NCBI GenBank assembly: GCA_002296125.1
Contig: DBHI01000034.1
Location: forward strand, 2,015 to 53,649
Length of the DNA: 51,635 nucleotides
Source: Anaerolineales bacterium UBA832
Lineage (GTDB): Bacteria > Chloroflexota > Anaerolineae > Anaerolineales > UBA11657
Reading direction: 5' to 3'
A program made the translations under genes and the position numbers. Below, in pieces: positions 1 through 10,968 of the stretch (positions within the stretch are counted from its first letter, which is position 1; the number at the start of each line of letters is the position of its first letter). A model generated the notes under the pieces. It made no database searches. It was not told where the DNA came from and was given only the letters and a program-made list of their open reading frames with translations.

Positions 1-876
<876 letters not shown>

Positions 877-892
877 TTATTATTAATTGATA

Positions 893-1189
893 TTATCCTG
901 TTACAATTGCTAGTACGTCGCTTTCTTTCAATATCAGAAGTTTTTTGCCTTCTATTTTTACTTCAGTACCTGCATATTTTGCAAAAAGTACTTCATCATT
1001 CTGAGATACATCCATTTCTATGCGATTTCCGTTTTCATCTCTTGCACCAGGTCCTACAGCAACTACTTTACCTTTTTGTGGTTTTTCTTTTGCTGTTTCA
1101 GGTAAGACTATGCCTCCAGCCGTAGTTTCTTCTTGTTCTATTGGCTCTACAATTAGGCGTTCGCCTAATGGCTTTAGATTAAGTGACAT
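893..1189 (-). CDS. groS: Co-chaperonin GroES
   Basis: [10 protein letters not shown]...[26 protein letters not shown]...KYAGTEVK; AGGAGG SD upstream. Confidence 0.98.
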   Translation of the reverse strand: MSLNLKPLGERLIVEPIEQEETTAGGIVLPETAKEKPQKGKVVAVGPGARDENGNRIEMDVSQNDEVLFAKYAGTEVKIEGKKLLILKESDVLAIVTG

Positions 1190-1259
1190 ATTATTGTTGC
1201 CTCCTAGATAATTTATTTTTACTTTTTAAATACACATAAAATTTATTTTGTGCATGGAG

Positions 1260-1288
1260 ATGATAATCCCGCATTCGTACTCAGTCAA
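1260..1288 (-). promoter_or_regulatory. Sigma70-type promoter of groESL
   Basis: Minus strand TTGACT-N17-TATCAT. Confidence 0.6.
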
Positions 1289-1370
1289 GGTATATAGAAG
1301 ATTTCTAACGAAGCTCTAACAAATAGATTTCTCTATATTATCTGAAATTATTCCTAGAAACACTGTTACT

Positions 1371-3158
1371 TTAATCACCTGCAGATAGTTTTTCATTAAA
1401 AATGTTCAGAAATTCTTCTAAACTCTTTGTACCAATATTGTCTCCAGATCTAGATCTAACAGATACTGAATTGTTTTGTTCTTCTTTATCTCCGACAATT
1501 AACATGTAAGGAATTTTTTGTACCTGAGCTTTCCTGATTTTAGCGTTCATTCTTTCACTACTAGAATCTATTTCTACACGTATGTTTTGTGAATTTAGTT
1601 GATTATATAAATGATCACAATATTTTAGGTTTCGATCTGTTATTGGAATTATTATTGTTTGTACTGGAGATAGCCATAATGGAAATGAACCTGCATATTG
1701 TTCAATAACGACTCCAAGAAATCTTTCCGTGCTCCCAGTGACAGCACGGTGTAGCACTACTGGAGTATGTTCTTCACCATCTTCTCCATGGTAGGTAAGT
1801 CCTAGACGATCAGGTTGGATAAAGTCTACTTGTATAGTTGAGAGTTGCCACTCTCTCCCTAAAACATCGCGTGCTATAAAGTCTGCTTTAGGCCCATAAA
1901 ATGCTGCTTCACCTGTTTCACTATAGTAATCTATATTTGTTGAATCCAATGCACTTTTTAGAGCTTTTTCTGCAGTTTTCCATTTTGCATCATCTTTGAC
2001 ATATTTTCCATCGTCATCTCGCAAAGATAAACGGACCTTGTAGTCAGTAAATTGGTATCGCGATAATACTTCTTGAATTAAGTTAAGTGCTAATGTAAAT
2101 TCTTCTTGAATCTGATTAGGAGTACAAAATATATGACAGTCATCTTGAGTTAATGATCTGACTCGTGTCAAACCGGTTAGTTCACCGGATTTTTCATACC
2201 TGTATAGAGTGGCAAATTCTGCAAATCGAATTGGTAAATCACGGTAGGAATGTTTACCCATTTCTTTGTATAAAGTCATATGACTCGGGCAGTTCATAGG
2301 TTTTAAACGGAATTTTATATTGGAATCTATCATTGCAGGGAACATAGAATCTTCGTAGTTATCATAGTGGCCTGATTTCTTGTATAAGTCTTCTTTTACT
2401 ATGTGTCCTGTCCATACATGCTTATAGCCATATTTTGTTTGTATATCTCGTACGTAAGATTCCATTATATTACGTATGGTTTCACCTTTTGGTGTAAATA
2501 GTGGAAGTCCTGGTCCTATATCGGATGAAAAATAGAATAATCCTAATTCAGTACCAATTTTACGGTGGTCTCTTTTCTTGGCTTCTTCTAATGTCCATAG
2601 GTATTTCCTGAGTTCTTTTGGAGTGTTCCATATTGTTCCATATATACGCTGTAACATGGTGTTTTTGGAATCACCACGCCAGTATGCTCCTGCTACTGAC
2701 AAAAGCTTTAATGCTTTAGGATTAATTTCTTTTGTATTATCTATATGTGGTCCTTTACAAAGGTCAGTAAACGTATCATGAGAAAAAAATGTAACATTGC
2801 TCTGATTATTATCATTATCTGTATGCATCTCTGCATTGTTTTGTATATCATCAATCAGTTCTAATTTGTATTTTTGTTTAGCAAATTGTGTTTGAGCTTG
2901 TAAGATATCTACTTCAGTACGTACAAAGTCATGATTGCCAGCAATGATTTTTTTCATTCTCTTTTCAATTTCTGGGAGATCATCATCGGTAAGTGAGCGG
3001 GGCAATTCAAAGTCATAATAAAAACCATTTTCAATTGGAGGTCCTATGGCTATTTGTATTTCGCCTGCGAACATTTCTGTTACTGCTTGCGCCATGATAT
3101 GTGCTGTAGAATGCCTTAGACGATACATTTGTTCATTGTTGGTATTGGATGTATTCAT
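1371..3158 (-). CDS. thrS: Threonine--tRNA ligase (short form)
   Basis: RHSTAH and DLCKGPH editing motifs, KPMNCP, GLTRVR, AAFYGPK, C-terminal anticodon domain (KIPYMLIVGDKE). Confidence 0.98.
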   Translation of the reverse strand: MNTSNTNNEQMYRLRHSTAHIMAQAVTEMFAGEIQIAIGPPIENGFYYDFELPRSLTDDDLPEIEKRMKKIIAGNHDFVRTEVDILQAQTQFAKQKYKLELIDDIQNNAEMHTDNDNNQSNVTFFSHDTFTDLCKGPHIDNTKEINPKALKLLSVAGAYWRGDSKNTMLQRIYGTIWNTPKELRKYLWTLEEAKKRDHRKIGTELGLFYFSSDIGPGLPLFTPKGETIRNIMESYVRDIQTKYGYKHVWTGHIVKEDLYKKSGHYDNYEDSMFPAMIDSNIKFRLKPMNCPSHMTLYKEMGKHSYRDLPIRFAEFATLYRYEKSGELTGLTRVRSLTQDDCHIFCTPNQIQEEFTLALNLIQEVLSRYQFTDYKVRLSLRDDDGKYVKDDAKWKTAEKALKSALDSTNIDYYSETGEAAFYGPKADFIARDVLGREWQLSTIQVDFIQPDRLGLTYHGEDGEEHTPVVLHRAVTGSTERFLGVVIEQYAGSFPLWLSPVQTIIIPITDRNLKYCDHLYNQLNSQNIRVEIDSSSERMNAKIRKAQVQKIPYMLIVGDKEEQNNSVSVRSRSGDNIGTKSLEEFLNIFNEKLSAGD

Positions 3159-3242
3159 AAAAATTTATGTAAATGATATTTAGATTGTTATAAGGATCTT
3201 TTGATTTCAGTAAATTGTCCTTGATAGTTTAATAGATTTTTG

Positions 3243-3316
3243 TGGGCGGTATTGGACTCGAACCAACGACCTTTGCGATGTCAACGCAACGCTCTAACCA
3301 GCTGAGCTAACCGCCC
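3243..3316 (-). tRNA. tRNA-Val(GAC)
   Basis: Reverse complement GGGCGGTTAGCTCAGCTGGTTAGAGCGTTGCGTT-GAC-ATCGCAAAGGTCGTTGGTTCGAGTCCAATACCGCCCA folds as a cloverleaf; CCA not encoded. Confidence 0.96.
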
Positions 3317-3384
3317 ATATATTACATTATATATTACATTGACAATTTTACCTAAACAATGCTTTTACACTAATTGTTTCAATA

Positions 3385-3771
3385 TTATTTTCTGATGGCT
3401 ATACATTCAATTTCTATTTGAGCTTTTAATGGTAATCCAGATACCTGAACTGTACTTCTAGCTGGCGGATTATTGACAAAGTATTCGCTATATACCTTGT
3501 TCATTTTATCAAAATCATCTAAGTTTGTCATAAATACTGTAGTTTTTATTACATCATCAAGTAGAAAGTTAGCACTAGAAAGTATGTTTTGTATGTTTTG
3601 AATAACACGATGAGTTTGATCTTCAATTTTTTGAGATATGAGTTTGCCAGTTTCTGGATCAATCCCCAATTGTCCTGCTGTAAAAATCATTTCATCGTTG
3701 TTTGATATTGCCTGTGAATAAGGTCCAATTGCTGAAGGAGCATTTTCTGTGTTTATTACTATTTTAGACAT
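3385..3771 (-). CDS. ridA: RidA/YjgF family reactive enamine deaminase
   Basis: APSAIGPYSQA, AGQLG, PARSTVQVSGLP, IEIECIA. Confidence 0.93.
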   Translation of the reverse strand: MSKIVINTENAPSAIGPYSQAISNNDEMIFTAGQLGIDPETGKLISQKIEDQTHRVIQNIQNILSSANFLLDDVIKTTVFMTNLDDFDKMNKVYSEYFVNNPPARSTVQVSGLPLKAQIEIECIAIRK

Positions 3772-3885
3772 GTGTGATTTTTCCTAAATTATTATATTTA
3801 TTATATTAATGGATCTGATCATTTCTATTATTATAAGTCTAATAATTGTATATGGATTTGCATTAATCGGCTACCCTGCTAATAT

Positions 3886-4695
3886 ATGGGCATGGTTAGT
3901 GACAAGCTTATTGTACTTACAAATGATGATGGAGTAGATTCACCTGGTATAGAAGCAGCTGCTAGTGTGTTATCTGATTTGGGTCAAGTTATTGTGGCAG
4001 CTCCTAGTTGTCAACAGAGTGGTGCTGGTAGGAGCATGAAAAGTGTATTTGGTAATGTTGATAACAATATTCAGGAAGTAAATAAAAATATTGACGGTGT
4101 AAGCTGGTCTTTCTATGCTATTGATGGTTCTCCTGCTCAAGCTGTACAAAAAGGTTTATTAGTAGTTAGTGATCGTTTACCAGATTTAGTAGTTTCTGGA
4201 ATTAATTTTGGTGAAAATCTTGGTGCTGATTTAACTATATCGGGTACAGTTGGTGCTGCTTGGGAAGCTGCTAGTTTTGGTGTTACTGCAATTGCTGTTT
4301 CTTTAGAAACTGATTTGTCTAATCATACAGCGCATTCTTCTGATATCGATTTTACTGCTGCGATGTATTTTACTAAATTTTTTGCTGAGAAATTATTGTA
4401 TATGGATAGTATTAATGATGTAGATCTGTTGAATATTAATATACCTAGTGATGCAAATGTCGATACCAACTGGAGCATTACTAGACAATCCCGCCAACAG
4501 TATTTTGTTGCTACTAATCTTGATAATCCAAAACTTGTTCAGTATAAGAAATCTGATAATTGCCACAATTCTGAACCTGAATCAGATATTTATTCGATTG
4601 TTAATAATAGAATAGTTTCAGTCACTCCAATTTCAATTGATGCAACTTCTAGGGTTTCATTAAAAGATTTAGAAAACAAGATTCATCAACAATAA
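3886..4695 (+). CDS. surE: 5'/3'-nucleotidase SurE
   Basis: LTNDDG, QQSGAG, GSPA, VVSGINFGENLG, SGTVGAA. Confidence 0.95.
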   Translation: MGMVSDKLIVLTNDDGVDSPGIEAAASVLSDLGQVIVAAPSCQQSGAGRSMKSVFGNVDNNIQEVNKNIDGVSWSFYAIDGSPAQAVQKGLLVVSDRLPDLVVSGINFGENLGADLTISGTVGAAWEAASFGVTAIAVSLETDLSNHTAHSSDIDFTAAMYFTKFFAEKLLYMDSINDVDLLNINIPSDANVDTNWSITRQSRQQYFVATNLDNPKLVQYKKSDNCHNSEPESDIYSIVNNRIVSVTPISIDATSRVSLKDLENKIHQQ

Positions 4696-4708
4696 GTCTT
4701 TAATAATG

Positions 4709-5038
4709 TTAATTGGAATGTTCATCAGGCCATTTATCAAGTCTGATCCACAAATTAATTACTTGTCCTTCTTCAACTTGATTGACTCGTGCAGCTAATA
4801 TTAATGCTTGCTCAGTGAGCCCCGAAAGATTGGTGAATTCAAGATAAGCAGCTCTACCTTCTTCCCAGGCATTTCTACACCTATCTAATAAATCTGGTCC
4901 ATTCAATGTTCTTAGTACACACCTATTGGTAAATGGTATTTCTGGTCCTTCCGACATTGCTAGAAGCCACGATTCAGTATTAGGTACAAATTCAGGTGTA
5001 GGGCCTTCAACAATTGTGATTTTTTCTGGTTCGCTCAT
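4709..5038 (-). CDS. Hypothetical protein (globular, 109 aa)
   Basis: Clean ORF in a three-gene minus-strand run; KITIVEGPTPEF...LRTLNGPDLLDRC looks conserved; no function assignable. Confidence 0.75.
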   Translation of the reverse strand: MSEPEKITIVEGPTPEFVPNTESWLLAMSEGPEIPFTNRCVLRTLNGPDLLDRCRNAWEEGRAAYLEFTNLSGLTEQALILAARVNQVEEGQVINLWIRLDKWPDEHSN

Positions 5039-5072
5039 ATTTGTTTTTATAAAAGTGAGTAATTTTTTGGCA

Positions 5073-5420
5073 TTATGTTAATGCTACTATTAATATTGGT
5101 ATTGTGATTAGCAATGCTATTGCTGTTACACCTATCAGTACTTTGGTTCCTAATTGTAATACATTAATATCCTGATTGTTTTTTTCTTTAGAGTTATTGA
5201 AGTTGGACTCGTCAAATATTTTTCTTGCTTTTTCAATCTGAGATAGAGCCGACTGTATAGGTGTTCCATCATCTCTATTGGATGGTTCAATTATTTCCCA
5301 ACTTTCTTCTTTTAGGTTTCCATTTTTTTTGCTTTGCCATTGCATAAATGCATTAGTTGCTCTCGAAATTAATTGTATTGTCCACATGATGAAGAAAAAA
5401 AATGCTAATAATTTTCCCAT
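5073..5420 (-). CDS. Hypothetical membrane protein
   Basis: GGAG SD; hydrophobic segments at both termini. Confidence 0.65.
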   Translation of the reverse strand: MGKLLAFFFFIMWTIQLISRATNAFMQWQSKKNGNLKEESWEIIEPSNRDDGTPIQSALSQIEKARKIFDESNFNNSKEKNNQDINVLQLGTKVLIGVTAIALLITIPILIVALT

Positions 5421-5444
5421 TCTTTGCTCCTATAATGGTATTTC

Positions 5445-5792
5445 TTAATTTGTTGATTTATATTTATCTAAATCATTATTGTTACGTTCTTCTTCAAACG
5501 ATTCTGAAAAAAGTATTGTAGTTATATTACCAGCAAATTTCATTAGAGCTTTTCCTGCTTGTACACCTTTTTCTGAATTTAGTGCATGATCTAGACTAGG
5601 TTTGTTGGCAAATTGAAATTCATGTATCTTATAATATTCCGATTTCCCTTTAGGTTCTCCTTCGATATGACTAACGGTAATCCGTTGTACACCTGGCATT
5701 TGTTCCGCTATTGGAATAAACTGTTGTGACCATCGCTCTTCAAAATCATTGATATTTTCTGGCGTATTAAATAGTATAGTCATTTTATACAT
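5445..5792 (-). CDS. EthD family (dimeric alpha-beta barrel) protein
   Basis: K.TILF..P....DFE.....HIP-like pattern, MPGV, ALNSEKG typical of EthD family. Confidence 0.75.
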   Translation of the reverse strand: MYKMTILFNTPENINDFEERWSQQFIPIAEQMPGVQRITVSHIEGEPKGKSEYYKIHEFQFANKPSLDHALNSEKGVQAGKALMKFAGNITTILFSESFEEERNNNDLDKYKSTN

Positions 5793-5898
5793 TGTGTAAA
5801 TTATACATCGCTGGCCTACATTTTGTAAATTTATTATTTTTAAGTAAAAATCTCTTTCGAAGTTTGGTTTTGGTAAACATCATATTCTTGTTGATTAA

Positions 5899-5933
5899 TT
5901 GGTATAATTGAACAATAATTAGTTGGTATAATT
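5899..5933 (+). promoter_or_regulatory. Tandem extended -10 elements upstream of the oxidoreductase operon
   Basis: TTGGTATAATT occurs twice (5899-5909, 5923-5933), each containing TGnTATAAT. Confidence 0.5.
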
Positions 5934-6008
5934 TAACTTACTTAATGAAATTATGTGAAGAAGAACAATGATTAGCAGTGGTGTAAAGCTGCGAAGGATA
6001 ATATTTGT

Positions 6009-7850
6009 ATGACAAAACCACAGAATGTTAGCGTAGACAATAAACGAACTGTTGATTTTGCAGTGGCTATTGGAGGTGCAGCTGGACAAGGCATTGCTAC
6101 GCCAGGAAATATTCTTGCTAGAATTTTTGCGAGAAGGGGGTTACATTTAAATGCTTATAATGCGTATCAATCGTTGATACGAGGTGGTCATACCTTTCTG
6201 ACCATACGAGCCAGTGATGCACCTGTGCTAAATATGGGTGATGCTTTAGATGTGATGGTAGCACTTAATCAAGATACTATGGATAGACATTTAGGTATTA
6301 TGCCAGTAGGTTCATCCGTTATTTATGATGAAGCTAAGATTACACCTAATGATACTCCGGATGGTGTGCAATTATGTCCTTTGCCTATTAAAGAATTAGT
6401 GGGTCGCAACAAACTGGCAGCTAATACTGTTGCTGTTGCTGTTGTACTAAATATGCTTGGCATTGAGTTGGATGATTTAGCGGATGCATTAGAAAGAATT
6501 TTTTCTCGCAAGGGCGCAGAAGTTGTTGAATCTAATCGTGAAATTGCCGAACGAGGTTATGAATATGCAGCAGCTAATTTTGATGCTTTCACATTTGCGG
6601 CTCCCAGATTGTCAAAAGGCTTGGCTGTAGTTACTGGTAATGAAGCAGCCGGTATGGGTGCTCTTGCTGCCGGAGTCAAATTTTATGCAGCTTATCCAAT
6701 GAGCCCATCTACTGGGGTATTGATGTATATTGCTCAGCATGCTCGAAAGCTTGGTGTAATGGTAAGGCAAGTTGAGGATGAGATAGGTGTAATGAATATG
6801 GTAGTTGGAGCTGCACATGCTGGGTGTCGTGCTATGACTGCAACCTCTGGAGGTGGATTTGCTTTAATGACAGAAGCAGTAGGAATGTCTGGAATGCTTG
6901 AAACACCGGTAGTATGCATTGATGTACAGCGGGCAGGGCCAGCAACAGGTGTGCCAACAAAGACTGAACAAGGAGATTTATGGCAGATATTAGGAGCTGG
7001 ACAGGGAGATTATCCAAAATTTGTTGTTGCTCCTAGATCGCAGGCTGATATATTTAATACGATTCCAGAATTATTTAATCTTACAGATTGCTATCAATGT
7101 CCCGGTTTGATGTTAACAGATCTATTGATCTCCGAAGGTACTGCTACTGTTGATCCAGATGAATTGGATTGGCAACCAAATATTAATCGTGGTGAAATGA
7201 TTTTTCCAAATGGAGATGTCAATGCAAATGATAATCCATACGGAGGTTATAACGACGATGCGTATTTGCGGTATGAAAATACTGAGAGTGGTATATCTCC
7301 GCGAGCTGTTCCTGGCGTTCCGGGGCATATACATGTAGCTGCTTCAGACGAACATGATGAAGATGGAACACTTATTAGTGATGAATTTACTAATCCTCAT
7401 AAGCGTAGAATGATGGTTGAAAAACGCGCTAGAAAAATGGAGACTTCTATAGATGCAGTTGAACCACCTCAATTGATAGGTGTCAGTGATGCTGTGGCTA
7501 CTTTAGTGGGATTTGGATCTACATGGGGTGTAAATGTGGAAGCAATAGAAAAATTAGAATCTGTAGATGAAATTATTGTGAATCAATTGCATATTAAGTG
7601 GATTGTACCTTTTCATGTAGACGTGGTAACATCTATATTGGAATCATCGAATAAGATCATTATTGTTGAAAATAATTATAGTGGACAATTTGCACGTTAT
7701 TTGCGATCGGAAACAGGCATTAAAGCTGATGCTTTCATAAGAAAATATGATGGAGAGCCTTTTATGCCTCATCATATAGTTGATGGTGTAAAAGCAATTT
7801 TGGGTGGAGAAACTGAATTGTATGTTCCTACCCATGAGATTATGGTATAA
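6009..7850 (+). CDS. korA: 2-oxoacid:ferredoxin oxidoreductase alpha subunit (gamma-alpha fusion)
   Basis: GGAAGQG, IRGGH, YPMSP, EDEIG, TATSGGGFALM, QRAGPATGVPTKTEQGD; substrate specificity not determinable. Confidence 0.92.
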   Translation: MTKPQNVSVDNKRTVDFAVAIGGAAGQGIATPGNILARIFARRGLHLNAYNAYQSLIRGGHTFLTIRASDAPVLNMGDALDVMVALNQDTMDRHLGIMPVGSSVIYDEAKITPNDTPDGVQLCPLPIKELVGRNKLAANTVAVAVVLNMLGIELDDLADALERIFSRKGAEVVESNREIAERGYEYAAANFDAFTFAAPRLSKGLAVVTGNEAAGMGALAAGVKFYAAYPMSPSTGVLMYIAQHARKLGVMVRQVEDEIGVMNMVVGAAHAGCRAMTATSGGGFALMTEAVGMSGMLETPVVCIDVQRAGPATGVPTKTEQGDLWQILGAGQGDYPKFVVAPRSQADIFNTIPELFNLTDCYQCPGLMLTDLLISEGTATVDPDELDWQPNINRGEMIFPNGDVNANDNPYGGYNDDAYLRYENTESGISPRAVPGVPGHIHVAASDEHDEDGTLISDEFTNPHKRRMMVEKRARKMETSIDAVEPPQLIGVSDAVATLVGFGSTWGVNVEAIEKLESVDEIIVNQLHIKWIVPFHVDVVTSILESSNKIIIVENNYSGQFARYLRSETGIKADAFIRKYDGEPFMPHHIVDGVKAILGGETELYVPTHEIMV

Positions 7851-7876
7851 ACGATAAAAAAAAGAGAGTATATTAT

Positions 7877-8830
7877 ATGACTATTACAGCAACTCCAATA
7901 AGTAAACAATTTACAGGCAATCAAGTTGTTTCACTTGATACTATTCCACTATCTAATGTGGAGGTCACTAGAGATTCATTTAAGGGTAAAATCGATCCAG
8001 ATTGGTGTCCAGGTTGTGGTGATTTTGGTGTACTTACAGCAATGCAGAAAGCATTATCTGAATTAGGTAAGCAGCCCCATCAAGTTATAACAATAAGTGG
8101 TATAGGCTGTTCATCAAACCTGCCGGGTTTTATTAATACATATGGCATGCATACTTTGCATGGTCGTGCTTTGGCAGTGGCCACTGGTATGAAGATGGCC
8201 AATCATGAAATGACAGTTATGGTTACTGGTGGGGATGGAGATGGATTTGGTATAGGTGGCAATCATCTTATGCATACAATGCGTAGGAATGTTGATCTGA
8301 CTTATGTTGTTATGGATAATCAAATCTACGGTTTGACAACTGGACAGACTTCACCAACAAGTCGGCTGGGACATCAAACTAAAAGTACTCCTGAAGGAAA
8401 TATAGAAAATCCAATTAATCCTGTACCGCTTGCTATGGTTGGTGGAGCAACGTTTGTTGCGCGTGCCTTTAGTGGACAGCAGGCACATTTAGTTGATATT
8501 TTAAAACAAGCAATTAATCACACCGGCTTTTCTATTGTTGATGTTTTTAGTCCTTGTGTAACATACAATAAGGATAATACATACAAATGGTTTAAGAGCA
8601 GAGTAAGGAAATTGGAAGATGAAAATCATGATCCAACTGATTTTCATGCTGCTCTTGATAAAGGTTATGAATGGGGTGAAGAGATACCAATTGGTGTTTT
8701 CTGGAAGAGAGAAGACTTACCTGCACTACATCAACTTGAACCAGTATTGGATGAAGGTGGACCATTAGCGTACCGTAATCTAGGATTATCTAAAGAACAA
8801 TCTGATCAATTGATGTCTGAAATGATGTAG
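7877..8830 (+). CDS. korB: 2-oxoacid:ferredoxin oxidoreductase beta subunit (TPP-binding)
   Basis: WCPGCGDFG, GIGCS, HGRA, GGDGDG...DNQIYGLTTGQ, SPCVTYN. Confidence 0.93.
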   Translation: MTITATPISKQFTGNQVVSLDTIPLSNVEVTRDSFKGKIDPDWCPGCGDFGVLTAMQKALSELGKQPHQVITISGIGCSSNLPGFINTYGMHTLHGRALAVATGMKMANHEMTVMVTGGDGDGFGIGGNHLMHTMRRNVDLTYVVMDNQIYGLTTGQTSPTSRLGHQTKSTPEGNIENPINPVPLAMVGGATFVARAFSGQQAHLVDILKQAINHTGFSIVDVFSPCVTYNKDNTYKWFKSRVRKLEDENHDPTDFHAALDKGYEWGEEIPIGVFWKREDLPALHQLEPVLDEGGPLAYRNLGLSKEQSDQLMSEMM

Positions 8831-8915
8831 TGGTACTTTTCAATTAATACAGTTGTTGATGAAAAAGTTTTATTTCTGACGATTTGGAATTTCGGTATGA
8901 TTTTCAGGGTGAAGT

Positions 8916-9725
8916 GTGTCTTCTATTTGGCGAATAATTGATTCAGGTTCCCAATCAGGACCTACAAACATGGCTATTGATGAAGCTATATTAGTAGCAG
9001 TTGCTGAAGGACAAGTTCCCCCAACTATTAGGTTTTATTCTTGGAAACCAACATGTCTTTCAATAGGTAGATCTCAATCTTTGACTGATGTAGATTTAGA
9101 TAGTGTTTGTCAATATAGTTATGATGTAGTACGTAGACCAACTGGGGGTCGTGCTATTTTGCATGGAGATGAATTTACCTATTCTGTTTGTTTATCTAAG
9201 CAAGATCCAATGGTTTCTCAAGGTGTACTATCTACATATGAACGTATTAGTCAAGGTCTATTGACTGGTCTAAAGGAATTGGGAGTAACAGTAGATAATC
9301 AAAGTGGTTCCGATTCATCTGAATTATCTGGTCCTGTTTGTTTTGAACATCGTTCTCATTATGAAATTAGCGCTAATGGACGCAAATTGTTAGGAAGTGC
9401 ACAGATGCATAGTAGAGGGGGAGTCTTACAACATGGTTCTCTTCCATTAAGAGGTGATCTTGCTGACATATGTAAAGTTTTATTTTTTGATTCTAAAGAT
9501 GTACGTGAGGAAGCAGCTGTTCGAGTGCGTGATCAAGCTATTACACTTTCAGAACTAATTGGAAATGAAGTAAATTGGAAGCATATTGTAGATGCTTTTG
9601 TACAAGGATTTTCCTTTGCATTAGACGTACAATTTTTGTTTGGTAATTTGACTGAATCTGAATTGAAAAATTCTGAAAAATTACTAACCGAGAAGTACTC
9701 TAATCTATCATGGAACAACAATTAA
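8916..9725 (+). CDS. Lipoate-protein ligase / octanoyltransferase (LipM/LplA family)
   Basis: NMAIDEA, VVRRPTGGRAILH, GRKLLGSAQ, LQHGS; GTG start. Confidence 0.9.
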   Translation: MSSIWRIIDSGSQSGPTNMAIDEAILVAVAEGQVPPTIRFYSWKPTCLSIGRSQSLTDVDLDSVCQYSYDVVRRPTGGRAILHGDEFTYSVCLSKQDPMVSQGVLSTYERISQGLLTGLKELGVTVDNQSGSDSSELSGPVCFEHRSHYEISANGRKLLGSAQMHSRGGVLQHGSLPLRGDLADICKVLFFDSKDVREEAAVRVRDQAITLSELIGNEVNWKHIVDAFVQGFSFALDVQFLFGNLTESELKNSEKLLTEKYSNLSWNNN

Positions 9726-9772
9726 AATGTTGATGTTTTGTTTCATGTTGACAATTGACCATTTCTTTTAAA

Positions 9773-10057
9773 ATGATTGTTGGTTCTTACGTGATAGAGT
9801 TGTATCTTGAGAAAAATATATCACTTAAACAAAAACGTAGTCAAATTAAATCTTTACTTACGAGATTAAATAGGGAATTTAATATTGCAGTTTCTGAAAC
9901 AGATCATCATGATAAGTGGCAGTCAGCTCAGATTTCTATTGTGACTATCAGTAATAGTAGGTCTGTAGTTGAGTCAATATTAAGGAAAACTGTAAGGTGG
10001 ATTGAAAAATATCGTCCTGATATATTGGTTGTTTCTGTTGAACTCGAGTGGCGATGA
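9773..10057 (+). CDS. DUF503 (YlxP-like) protein
   Basis: SLKQKRS.IKSL..RL...FNIAVSE...HDKWQ; ATG at 9773 preferred over TTG at 9755. Confidence 0.85.
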   Translation: MIVGSYVIELYLEKNISLKQKRSQIKSLLTRLNREFNIAVSETDHHDKWQSAQISIVTISNSRSVVESILRKTVRWIEKYRPDILVVSVELEWR

Positions 10058-10070
10058 AGGTTTTACATAT

Positions 10071-10955
10071 ATGATGAAAATTTTTCGTAACATAAACCCA
10101 TATTTTTGTTTGTATTTTGGTGTATTTATTATAGGTTGGTCACCAATCCTAATAGTCTGGTCTGAGTCATCAGGGGTAGTTACATCTTTTTATCGTGTTA
10201 TTATTGCTACTGTAATATTGTTCGTTCCTTTTATTAGAAAATATCGTAAGAAGATAATACATGACAAGTTTTTGATATTGTTATCTGTCTTTGCAGGTAT
10301 TGCATATGCCTTAGACAATGCCTTATGGGCTACAGGGGTAAATCTGTCAGGGCCTGCTAACCCAACTTTTTTGGTAAATACTGCGCCCATATGGGTTGGC
10401 ATAGGTGCAATGGTCTTTTTTAAAGAAAAGTTGAGGAGGCAATTCTGGATAGGGCTTTTGTTGGCAATGATTGGTTCCGCATTGATTCTAGAGGTAGATT
10501 TGAAACAGTCATTTATATCAGCAATTGGTTCATTGTATGGATTGTTGGGTGGACTGTTTTATGCTGTTTTTTTCTTATTAGGCCAGCGTGTACGTTATCA
10601 TATGGATACTATTTCTTTTTTCTGGATTGTATTATTTAGCGCTGTATGTACATTAGGAATGATCACCTTAGTGTTTAATTACCCACTAGTTGGGTACAGT
10701 TTTACAACATATTTGATTTTCGTAGTCTTAGGTGTTGTGATGCAAGTAATTGGTTGGTTATCAATAACTTATGCTTTAGGTGTATTGCCTGCATCTGCGG
10801 TTTCTCCAATACTATTGGGTCAACCTGTTATTACTTCCATTTTAGCACATGTTTTTTTACGTGATTCCATGGAAATATTTCAAGTTGTAGGTGCTTGTGC
10901 GGTTTTGATAGGTGTTTTGATAACTCAAGAATCTAGAAATAGATTGATCTCTTAA
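10071..10955 (+). CDS. EamA/DMT family transporter
   Basis: About 10 hydrophobic helices in two repeats (NTAPIWV...FFKEK; LLGQPV); ATG 10071 avoids overlap with the upstream gene. Confidence 0.88.
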   Translation: MMKIFRNINPYFCLYFGVFIIGWSPILIVWSESSGVVTSFYRVIIATVILFVPFIRKYRKKIIHDKFLILLSVFAGIAYALDNALWATGVNLSGPANPTFLVNTAPIWVGIGAMVFFKEKLRRQFWIGLLLAMIGSALILEVDLKQSFISAIGSLYGLLGGLFYAVFFLLGQRVRYHMDTISFFWIVLFSAVCTLGMITLVFNYPLVGYSFTTYLIFVVLGVVMQVIGWLSITYALGVLPASAVSPILLGQPVITSILAHVFLRDSMEIFQVVGACAVLIGVLITQESRNRLIS

Positions 10956-10968
10956 ACCTAGCTGTATA

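Noticed and set aside
6323-8323. Several short minus-strand ORFs inside korA/korB
   Set aside because: They lie wholly antisense to well-conserved genes; the same applies to the other 60-130 aa nested ORFs in the track.
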